Assembly: GCF_000400465.1 (NCBI RefSeq)
Contig: NW_008806285.1
Coordinates: 60,001 to 92,000, forward strand
DNA from: Wallemia ichthyophaga EXF-994
Taxonomy: Eukaryota > Fungi > Basidiomycota
Direction of reading: 5' to 3'
DNA: 32,000 nt
A model generated the notes under the pieces. The model was not told where the DNA came from. It saw only the letters and a list, made by a program, of their open reading frames with translations, and did no database searches. Position numbers and translations under genes: made by a program. Below, one piece after another: positions 21,755 through 31,080 of this stretch. Every line of letters starts with the position of its first letter. The stretch's first letter is position 1.

Positions 21755-22343
21755 ATGAGCGTACACGCCACGCCGATGCTGAGCGATACGATCGATACGA
21801 TGCGAGTGGATATACTGCAGAACAACGAAGAAATAGCAGTGCTGCACTTGTCTATCACGCGCTTACCTCTATCGTGTAGTAAACGTGATGACCTCGTGGA
21901 GCAGGAGCTGGACATCCTCCCAAGCGATGCCAACATTCGCCTGTCTAACAAGAGTCCACTAGAGCTCGCATGTGGGAAAATGCCCCCCGTCAGTTACGTC
22001 GGGGGCAGGGTGAGTGGGAGTTAAGTGTGAAATTTTTCTGTCTCATCACATCAAACAGATCAGATCACAAGGCGCGCTGCACCCGTATGCAGTGTTTGAG
22101 AGCAGGCGCGGTAGTTTGTTTAGAGGACAACTTGCAGGTAATCGCGTTAAGCATCAGATATCCATCCTCGACGATAGTAGGGTTTCCCCGATTACCTCAT
22201 TCGTTCTTATCATCGCTAACCAGGCTAAACACTGCTGCGTGTGGAGCAGGAATCTTGATGGTCTGGCTAAGCGGTACGATCTCACTCAATATCATAAGTC
22301 TCAGGGTATGATCTTCAACCCTGCCGGAGCAGCTGGTGGATGA
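21755..22343 (+). CDS. Orphan protein A (paralog of 22499-23119)
   Basis: Removing intron 22010-22058 joins ORFs 21755 and 22014 in frame. Shares motifs with the opposite-strand gene. The frame is open back to 21620, so the true start may be upstream. Confidence 0.6.
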
Positions 22344-22498
22344 TCATGGCTGCGGCTAGTCGATTGTCGCTAGTCACACAACACATATCACTGCAATGCA
22401 AATGCAACGTAACGTTACCTATACTCTAGCTTTTCATGTAACCTTAATGCTCTTAGAAACTATCTGCTGCACGTCAGTTTGACATCACGCTAAACCCC

Positions 22499-23119
22499 TC
22501 ACCTACTTGGTGCCTGCTCATTCACCACCATCCCCAGCCGCTTGTCGTACTGCATGAGATCGTGCCGCTCGGCCAGCCCGTCGAGGCGCTTGCACCAGAC
22601 GACGCGGGTGAAAATACGCGCGGCAACGAGCAGAATAAAAGCAGGGAGAACGTAGCATTGCTGCGATGTCTGCAAGTAGGTGTGCAAGTGCAATCCCAGC
22701 CTAGTTCTGCGTTCGCAGTACAGTGCAACTACGTTATGATCAGGTGTGCGTATCTCGTTTCCAATGCAATGTAGTTTCACTTTTTCGTCTCCGATTCCGT
22801 CTGGCTGCAGCTGCAGCGACAACACCTCCCCACTGCCATTGCCTTGGCCACATACAGCACCCACGGCGACAGAGTACGAGTGCACAGTCTGTCTGAGTAG
22901 GTGCTGCCGCATGTACAGCTCTCCTTCCTCAGTGATAGTGTGGGCTATTGTCGCCACTATTCTTCCATTCTGCTTTATACGCACCACAAACTCCTCTTGG
23001 TCGTATTCACAGTGTATGTTGCACTCAGGTATCGCAGCATTCGCCGCGTCTAGCCCATCGCCTCGCCTCCATCGACTGCTCCCATTGTTGCACTGGGACA
23101 CTATCGCAAACGACGTCAT
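22499..23119 (-). CDS. Orphan protein B (paralog of 21755-22343)
   Basis: 206-aa ORF. WCKRLDGLAERHDLMQY matches WSRNLDGLAKRYDLTQY of protein A. Confidence 0.65.
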   Translation of the reverse strand: MTSFAIVSQCNNGSSRWRRGDGLDAANAAIPECNIHCEYDQEEFVVRIKQNGRIVATIAHTITEEGELYMRQHLLRQTVHSYSVAVGAVCGQGNGSGEVLSLQLQPDGIGDEKVKLHCIGNEIRTPDHNVVALYCERRTRLGLHLHTYLQTSQQCYVLPAFILLVAARIFTRVVWCKRLDGLAERHDLMQYDKRLGMVVNEQAPSR

Positions 23120-23173
23120 GGAGGATGAATAAGTTAATTTAAGCGTTTTATCAATTTAGTCGCTTTAGTCACT

Positions 23174-24181
23174 CTAGTCTACAGTCACGACAATCTTGCC
23201 CGTGTTCTCGTTAGCCGCCATGCAGTCATGCGCCAGTGCGATCTGTTTCCAGCTGAACACGCTGTGTATTCTCAACTCGAGGTCCTTGCCGACTTTGTCG
23301 AGAGCTGCCTTTCTGAAGTCGTTAAGGAGGTCTCCCTGATACTCTGCGCTCCTAGATCTGAGCGTGCTGCCCTGTATGCAGAGTCTCTTGAAGATAATAG
23401 GTCCTACATTAACCTCGCTGGCGACCATACCAGACATAACGCCAAGGAGGACGATGCGTGCATCTTTACCGGCAGCGTTAATGTTGGCGTTCAAGTAAGA
23501 CTGACCGACCATATCGACGATGACGTCGACGCCTTTGTTATCAGTGTGAGCCAGCACCTCTTTATCGAAGCTCTGCGTGCGGTAGTTGATGCCATGTGTA
23601 GCGCCCATTGGGAGACCTTTGACAGCGTCTATCTTAGCGTCTGATCCAGCCGTAGCGAAGACACGCCTAGCGCCGTAATGTCTGGCCAGCTGAATAGCAG
23701 CCATGCCCACACCGCTCGCGCCGGCATGTATGAGCACATCGTCGCCCGCCTTGATACGTCCTATGGTCGACAGAGCCTGGTGCGCAGTGAGGTAATTCTC
23801 GCAGATAGCCGCACACTGGACGTGCGTGAGGTGGGTTGGTTTGCGCAGGATCATGTGCGCGTCGACGGCTATATACTCGGCATATGCCCCGCCATAAGCT
23901 AAGCCAAACACCTCGTCGTCGATTTTCCACTCAGCACTCTGGTTCGCGTCGACTACTACGCCCGAGAACTCCACACCGAGCGTCTTGGGCGCCTGCGGCG
24001 GCAGCGGATACATACCCTTTGCTTGGAGCAGATCCATGCGGTTCACGCCGAACGCAACGACTTTGACAAGCACCTGTGTCGCGCTGAGAGCGGGTTGCGG
24101 CGTGACCTGGATCTTGAGATCAGAGCTGCTGTTCGCAACGTCGTTCGGCGTGTCTATCACAACTGATTTCATAGTGGCCAT
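23174..24181 (-). CDS. NAD(P)H:quinone oxidoreductase, PIG3-type zinc-independent MDR
   Basis: AFGVNRMDLLQAKGMYP, LGVEFSG, YGGAYAEY, VLIHAGASGVG, GSTLRSRS, NENTGKIVV. Intronless; the start is ATG 24181 or 24172. Confidence 0.93.
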   Translation of the reverse strand: MATMKSVVIDTPNDVANSSSDLKIQVTPQPALSATQVLVKVVAFGVNRMDLLQAKGMYPLPPQAPKTLGVEFSGVVVDANQSAEWKIDDEVFGLAYGGAYAEYIAVDAHMILRKPTHLTHVQCAAICENYLTAHQALSTIGRIKAGDDVLIHAGASGVGMAAIQLARHYGARRVFATAGSDAKIDAVKGLPMGATHGINYRTQSFDKEVLAHTDNKGVDVIVDMVGQSYLNANINAAGKDARIVLLGVMSGMVASEVNVGPIIFKRLCIQGSTLRSRSAEYQGDLLNDFRKAALDKVGKDLELRIHSVFSWKQIALAHDCMAANENTGKIVVTVD

Positions 24182-24226
24182 GGTGGTTGTGTGATGTGTG
24201 GTGTGCAGGGTGAAGTTCTTCCCTGT

Positions 24227-24284
24227 TTAGTAAGCATTCTTCTCGAAATATCTGCTTCTTCGGAATATCTGCTCCGCTGAGTAA
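24227..24284 (-). promoter_or_regulatory. Two Yap1-response-like elements (TTACTAA 24227-24233; TTACTCA 24278-24284) upstream of the quinone oxidoreductase
   Basis: Both read TGCTTACT(A/C)A on the gene strand. Function is inferred. Confidence 0.4.
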
Positions 24285-24583
24285 GCACCGGCAGCGGTGC
24301 ACGTCTGCGCAACAGCACGCATTGCATTGCCATTTCATCACTCCTCCTTATCCGCTTATCGCACCTGCCGAGCGGAATTGGCTATGATGCATATGACGTA
24401 TGTGATGTTGGACGAATCTTCGCCGCGTGACCACCCAGCAAAGACGCGCAACTCCCACAACGCCGCGGAGATGGGACTCGTACCGCCGCTGAAACTTATC
24501 AGTGATGAATTTTGGAGTACCGTAGGAGTATCCCACTCGAAGGTGTAATTGATCGATGACGCAATATTACTCCATGTCTAGCG

Positions 24584-24590
24584 TATAAAA
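24584..24590 (+). promoter_or_regulatory. TATA box of Hmp1-like gene 1
   Basis: TATAAAA about 45 nt upstream of ATG 24635. Confidence 0.55.
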
Positions 24591-24634
24591 GGTGGAATAT
24601 ATTAAAGTCTATTTCATACACTCAAAAACTCAAC

Positions 24635-24978
24635 ATGTCATCCGACCCAAGCAAGACCAACGCACAATGGAACTCAACCGTCGGCACTGCCAAGGAATCC
24701 TTGGGCAACGCCGTTGGTTCTGAAGACTACTCCAAGGCCGGTAAAGAGCAACATGCCAAAGGTGAAGCCGAGAGAAAGGAGGCTGAAGCCAAGCAATACG
24801 GCGAAGGCATGGTCGACTCAGCTGCAGGCAAGATGAAGGTGTGTTGGTGTTTCATGCTTTTCGATACCTGCTAACAAATGCTCAGAACGTCGGTGGCGCT
24901 GTCACTGGTGACAAGGAGAAGCAGGCTGAAGGTGCTGCTCGTGAAGAAAAGGGCGAAACCAAGAGAGACTTCGCTTAA
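24635..24978 (+). CDS. Hmp1/CsbD-like small hydrophilin, copy 1
   Basis: Intron 24839-24885. MSSDPSKTNAQWNSTVGTAKESLG...GKEQHAKGEAE...NVGGAVTGDKEKQAEG, resembling the fungal 'mismatched base pair and cruciform DNA recognition protein' family. Confidence 0.85.
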
Positions 24979-25679
24979 ATTTCCGTGTAGCTCTCCATAC
25001 CTATTAGTTATGTAATGAACGCACTGAAAACGCTAATATACGCACATAATGATAACTACAATACTTTGTGATGACTGTTCTTGCTCCTGATTTATATCAC
25101 ACGGGCTAATGAATCCAGCTGTGTCGCGGTGTTAACGCTACAGAAAGTGTCGCTTAAATTATTAGATGCGGATGCTTGATTAATGTTATAGTAGAATACT
25201 CCCAAGTACTCAAAGGTTAGAGCGACTTGTACGATCGACGCTATCTGCGCATCGACTGATGCAGAGGAAATCGAAATGAATAATTAGAGGCGTTGTAATG
25301 TATTGATCGCCGTAGAAGTTACCTCAAGCATGTTTGTGTCTTTGCCATGTCGTCTTCGATTTCCAAGACACAGAAAAGTAACTAGAATGTACTACAAGCT
25401 GCATCAAGTCAAAAAGGATTTTAAACAGAGCAAAGCCTTTAATGCCACAGATCAATCCATCTCGTTGAATAGCATCTCAACAAAGTTGGCCACTTTGCAC
25501 GTGATAATTTTCATTACATCAATATAAAAGCCCGCTTTTCTTTCTCTCGAACAACAACCTCCATAGTAAGTTTGTAATTGATGGAATTGGTGGTGATTAA
25601 ACATTATAATACATGATTGATCTACACCACCAATTCGTGCAGCTACGCCACTCATCCGATACTTACTTGACACGCAGAC

Positions 25680-26031
25680 ATGTCATCAGAACCAAGCAAA
25701 ATGAACGCAAACTACGACTCAACGATGGGTTCTGTTAAGGAACAAGCGGGTGAGTGGGGGACTGTTGCGTTAGCACACAAAAGGACATACTCACACCACT
25801 CCAGGCAACCTCCTCGGTAACGAATCGCTCAAACACAGCGGCACCCAACAACATGCCTCCGGCGAAGCCGAGAAAAAGGCTGCAACTGCCAAGCAGTATG
25901 GAGAGGGTGCCGTCGACAATGTTGCTGGCAAGGCACAGAACATCGGCGGTGCCGTCACTGGTGACAAGAGCAAGCAGGCTGAAGGTGCAGCTCGCGAGAA
26001 CAAGGGTGATACGAAAAGAGAGTTTGCGTAG
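25680..26031 (+). CDS. Hmp1/CsbD-like small hydrophilin, copy 2
   Basis: Intron 25750-25804. MSSEPSKMNANYDSTMGSVKEQAG...QQHASGEAE...NIGGAVTGDKSKQAEG. Not called correctly in the ORF track. Confidence 0.85.
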
Positions 26032-26231
26032 ATTGCTTCTAATTGCTTTGATGCATTAACGCATCCACGCATTCACGCTTTGTACTTACGCTTGTAACGA
26101 CTTCTTCACCTATGTTTTACTGATTTACTTTATATTTCACTCGACTGCTGTTATTGAGATTTACGGCTTGTGTGTATTAGTACATGGAACGAGACTTGGA
26201 AAGAGAAGATAAAACATCTAGAGCAAATCCT

Positions 26232-29200
26232 CTAAAGCACGCTGGCAACTTCATCCTCTGAGTCGTCAGCCGCGGGTTCATCGTCATTGCTGTCGCTAAA
26301 GTCGATAGCTTTACTCTGACTCCTAGATCTGGCAGGCTGGTTGCGAGTGCGTTTTGACGGCGAAGGAGCGTCAACTTTCTTGTGCCCACCTTTATCTCTA
26401 GGTTTAGGTTTATATTTAGGTTTAGCAATAGGACTGCCTTTACCCGCGCTCGCCGTATCGTCGCTATCGCTGGCCCTGCTATCCTCCTCACTGATGATGC
26501 CTGGCTCGCTCTCGTCGCTACTGCTATAAGATTTCTTCGTGCTTTTCGAGCGACCTTTAACGCTTTGCGATAAGCTATGCTGGCTACCTTTGCGTTTAGG
26601 TTGTTGTTTCTCCGTCTTCCTGTAACCGGGTGTATACCTATCACCGTATTTAGAGGCAGCGCGCGGGGTGGGAGCCGTTTTAGTGCGGGGTGCCTTCTTC
26701 ACCGGTGTTGCGTCCTCGACCTGGAAGATGCCCGCTTGTTTATACACGTCATTGAGGCTCTCCCGATACTCGTGGTACTCAACGTCGGAGGTATCGATAT
26801 CTCCCAGGGCCTTGAACTGCTTGTGAAGGGTGGTCAGGAAGCGAGCTAGGGCATTACGCGACAATGCATCAGCCAGTGGACGCTGCTCCTGCACTGTCTC
26901 GGCCAGCTTACACGTAAGCCAGATATCCTTCAAGGGTGTATGTCCAGGTATGTACAGTTTCATAAGGAATTGCACTAGGGCCTTCCGGTCCTCTTTCACC
27001 TCCACTTCGAATAGCTCCTTGAGAGTGTCGAACGCGAGCCTCTGCTGGAGGAGGGAGTGGGGGTGTGCATTTGTAGCTGATTCAGGTGAGTTGGCTTCAC
27101 CCGTTATCCCAACAAGGTGGCGCGGATCCGTCCATTCCGACAAGAGCGTCGCTACTTGCGCCACAGTCACCACCGCTTGCTCGTCACTATCACGATCCCA
27201 GTGGTCGCCTATGGCGATAAGCGCTATCTCGGCGAGCCTTGTCTGGTTGTGTGCTGAGCTGTAGGCGTAGACGGGGAAGAAGTACGACAGACACTGCCGC
27301 AGAGCTTGGTTGTCACCGACTTCCGGACTGAAGTATACATACAGCAGTCCGCGCAACAGCTGAAAGGAGGGCGTTAGTGAGGATGGTCACACTTCAACTC
27401 CATGTCAAACTCACACTCGCATCCGTTATCATGCCCGACAGCATCAGTTTCGACACACCCTCGCAAGAAACGGCCTGATATTCGGCGGTGTGACCGTCGA
27501 GGGTGCGCAGAAGGAAGTGGTTGATGTACTCGAGCTGGGTTTTGTTAGAGGGGGTGGCTTATCTGCACGCACTGTTTTCCACTCACACCAAGACCGCCCT
27601 TGTCCGCAAAGAGGGACACGTCGTGCGTCATGAGCAGGTCGATGACGACCTTGAGCGAATGCATATTGAGTGGCTCGGGTGCGGTTTCAGCCTGGTTCAT
27701 GAACATCTGGAAGCTGCCAATAGCGAGTGTGTCAGCTAGTAGGCAGACAAGCCCGAGTGCGTGCAGGCCGCGCTCGCGGATAGCCGCGTCTTTCGACTTG
27801 ACCGAGGGGATAACGAGATCGGGAAGTATACCGCCCAGAGCGCTATTTTCGATAAGGGAGCTGTTGACGCGCTCGAGCATGCCTATCACTACTGCCAAAC
27901 TACGCAGGTCGAGTTCACCGTTATGTGCAAGTTCCGCGTCATTAAGAATGCGCGCAGTGGCAGGACGCGGTTTAGCGGGCGTTGCTATTGTCGAAGCCCC
28001 ATCGCCCACCTCGTCCTCCTCGTCTTCCTCTGCAATGCGCAAGTCACGCAGCTCCGAGATGAGTTCGACAGAGAGAAGTAGAAAATCGCGCTCTGATGCG
28101 GACAGCTTAGCGAGGATGTCGAGCGCAATAGGGACCAGCTGCTCGGGGAGGGTGGGTGAGCTGAGGAGGGCGCGTACGAGCGTAAACACCTTCCGCCGAC
28201 CCATCTCGTCTGCATAGTCGAGGTTGATGGCTAGTTTGAGTAGCTCACCTAGCACAAAATTCGCATTTACTAGCCGATCTGTGTGCTCGTCGCTGTCGTC
28301 GTCGGGCTGCGCTAGCGCTACGACCGCGTTGTACGCACTTTGCATGTGGAACGCCATAGCTGTCACTACGGGAAGCATCTCTAGCTTCGCATAGTCCTCA
28401 TACGCTACACAGTGGTCTACGTAGACGCGCGCTAGGAGCGCGTGCTCTGGCGTTAGCGCACTCCACGCACCCTCGTCTAGCTGCACCGCGTGGAATATGT
28501 CAGGCCGGTGTGTGAAGAGAGCGAGCAGTGCATCTTCTGCAACGCGTGAGTCTATTACGTCGAAATATTCTAGAAACTGAGTAGAAAGTTTATTGTTAGC
28601 TGGGAGTGACTCTGCTTATGCACACCACACGACCCACCAGCTGGAGATTGTTGTCGGCTCTGTCTACCCACGTCGATAACAGACCGGCACAGGCCTTTTG
28701 GACGATTGGATCACGGTCTCCGAGGCCAGCGCGAATGAGGTTTTCGCGCGGGCTCAGGCGGATACTGCGGACATCTTTCAAAGCATCACTAAGCTGGGAG
28801 CCTTCGAAAACAGACTTGCGGGTGACAGGATCGATGTCTCTGGCGCGTGTGAGGAGGGCGGGGATTGTGAGGGGAGTGGGGAAAACGTTTATGAGAGCGA
28901 CTCTTCTTACGGCGACAGTTGGATCAGATGTGATTGCAGAATTGAGAGATTTGGCTATAGCACCACTGTCATCGTCTGAAGCTTGTAGTTTGCACAGAGC
29001 AAGAGTGGCTTGTTGGCGGATGTTTGTCTCCTTATCGTTCATCCTCTCGAGAAGAGAATCCAAGAGAGAATCGAACAAGTCTTCATCCATAGCGCCTAGT
29101 AGGCTTATAATCAGGTTGGAGATCTGCACACAGCGAAATCTGACGTATTTGTCTTTGGCAGAGAAGCCTTTTAAGAGATGGCGCAGGATGTCGGAAGAGA

Positions 29201-29537
29201 GGACGGAGGAGGGAGATTCGAGGAGATGGTCGTCGTCGTCGTTGCTGTCGTCGTTGTCGCCGTTGGGATGTCTCTCCTCGTGATCCTTGGCAGATGCGTA
29301 CGAGAGATAAGTGGTTGCAAAAGCAATGACCCTGTCAGCGTAAGATTTAGACTTTGGGAATTGCATTATACGGGTGAGTGAGCCAATAAAAGCCTTCACG
29401 AAGGCAGTGTAGCCAGATTGATCAGCATCTCTAAGGAGTTGCAGGTGGAATTTACGCAACTTGATTTGATTTGATTTGTGATTTGATAGGGATTTCTGCG
29501 AATCGGTGAAGGCGTCGATTAGAGTATCTAACGACAT
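26232..29537 (-). CDS. YCG1: Condensin non-SMC subunit G (Ycg1/CAP-G/Cnd3)
   Basis: Three introns (first 28577-28637) join ORFs 28596, 27545 and 26232. HEAT-type motifs AKDKYVRFRCVQ, RARDIDPVTRK, EMGRRKVF and DNQALRQCLSYFFPVYA. Confidence 0.93.
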
Positions 29538-29554
29538 GGTGGTTGTGGGTTAAG

Positions 29555-29586
29555 ACGCGTCTGGGCTTGTTGACGCGTCGACGCGT
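29555..29586. promoter_or_regulatory. Cluster of three MCB boxes (ACGCGT) in the YCG1/DAM1 bidirectional spacer
   Basis: ACGCGT at 29555-29560, 29573-29578 and 29581-29586. The last two form the perfect palindrome ACGCGTCGACGCGT. Confidence 0.65.
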
Positions 29587-29598
29587 AGAACCACCAAC

Positions 29599-30450
29599 AT
29601 GTCCATCAAAACACCGTTAAGGAGAGTTAGCAGTGGAGCGCTCAAGCATTCAAATAATAGCAGCAGCTTGAATATTACTAGCAAAGATCACCATCCACTG
29701 GAATTCCTTACACCAGCGCTGACAGACTTATCTGATGAGTTGGATGGAATTATAAGCAGCACACAGCAGCTAGTCGAGTTAGACGATGCCTTATCACAGT
29801 TCAATCACGGCTTTGGTAGTTTGCTGTGGTCATTGAAGTTGAATGCTTATTGTATCAACTGGCCTGAAGCGCCTACAGATGAATCATTTGCCCGGGTAAA
29901 TGAACTCACAGCGCAATTACAACAGTCAATGGCACCCAGAGAACCCAGAGAACCTACACCTGTCGATACACAAGTAGTCCCACAAGAATCTCATTCAAAT
30001 CATTCAAATCCCGCAGACGAAACACAAGCACATGAACCAGAACCCTCGCCAGAACCACTCAAACCAAAGCCAAAAGTTGTCAGTGTACAGCTACGTAAGA
30101 AAAGGGAGGCGTTTGTCGATAGCGTTATAGATTCACTGCCTTTAGAATACAGAGGTTCACAACCAGCCTTAAGAAATGCCATGTCTAGTGTCCTACATGC
30201 ACTTATGAAGCATCAATGTACTACTCCTCAAGGTAATGGTATTCGTACACCAGATATCGTCAAACATCCAGATCTACCTCAAGCCAAGGTAAACAAATGC
30301 CTTATAGCTCTCGTACAGAAGAAGGCTGTGGTGAAGTGGACGGAGAGTGTAAGTAGTGTGTGTCGGGATATATGTCTATCTACTAACTCCTTTTGCTAAT
30401 CACAGGGTGTCGCTTACTACAGACTACAACTAGAAACCCCTAGGCGGTGA
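29599..30450 (+). CDS. DAM1: DASH/Dam1 complex subunit Dam1
   Basis: FLTPALTDLSDEL...LSQFNHGFGSLLWSLKLNAYCINWPEAP is the Dam1 core. Intron 30349-30405, then GVAYYRLQLETPRR*. Confidence 0.85.
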
Positions 30451-30554
30451 TTTGTACGATATATCAGATATGACATCATTCAAAATTGATCCCGAAGACA
30501 GTCCTCGTCAGTACTCTTAGTTAGAATCAAAAACGTTGAAAATCCTAAAAGAGC

Positions 30555-31005
30555 ATGTCTTCGCCAAATAAATCAACTGGAATGTACCACAGCGTTAAAG
30601 GTAAGTCACTACACTCGCGCCAATCGCATCACCCAGGTTTCACATCAAATACCAGGAAACGTCGTTGAATCTGTTGGGACAGTGACTGGGAGTGAGGAAT
30701 GGAAGAAGAGTGGACAGAAAGAGCACGTCGATGGTGAAGCTGAGCAGAAGGTTCCTCTATCGATTCATTCAGAATTCTTACTGATATAAAAACACCAGGC
30801 AGCTCAAATCAAAGACACAGCAACTGGTATGTATGACCAGGCTGCTGGTAGAGTTCAGGGCGTAAAGGCGGCTATCACAGGCGATAAGCCTGGTCAAGTC
30901 AGTGCAGCCGCTCAAGTCAGTCGCACATACGCTTATATATCATTTTATCTAACTTGCTCAACTTTGCAGGAGGAATCAGGCAAAGCAGCGCAGAAGAATG
31001 CTTAA
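30555..31005 (+). CDS. Hmp1/CsbD-like small hydrophilin, copy 3 (more divergent)
   Basis: Introns 30601-30655, 30751-30798 and 30916-30969 give MSSPNKSTGMYHSVKGNVVESVG...WKKSGQKEHVDGEAEQKAA...AAITGDKPGQ. Absent from the ORF track. Confidence 0.8.
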
Positions 31006-31080
31006 ATGGATATTATTTGTATTCTCTAGTAACATTACATTATACTCCTCTCTTTCACCCACACCACTCACACCGCCAAT

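Noticed and set aside
21616-21951. Minus-strand ORF with a hydrophobic Leu-rich C-terminus
   Set aside because: The Leu run is the antisense reading of the AGC repeat; the plus strand is supported by a splice junction and by paralogy with 22499-23119.
23174-24181. Intronless oxidoreductase as a possible bacterial horizontal transfer
   Set aside because: PIG3-type enzymes are widespread in fungi and other genes here (ROT1) also lack introns; no phylogeny is available to support transfer.
24120-24548. Short ORFs between the oxidoreductase and hydrophilin 1
   Set aside because: No motifs or convincing splice structure; the region reads better as two back-to-back promoters.
25000-25673. AT-richer spacer between hydrophilin copies 1 and 2 with ~73-aa ORFs on both strands
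   Set aside because: No recognisable protein, tRNA, snRNA or transposon signature. A degenerate gene or ncRNA cannot be excluded without RNA-seq or a covariance-model search.
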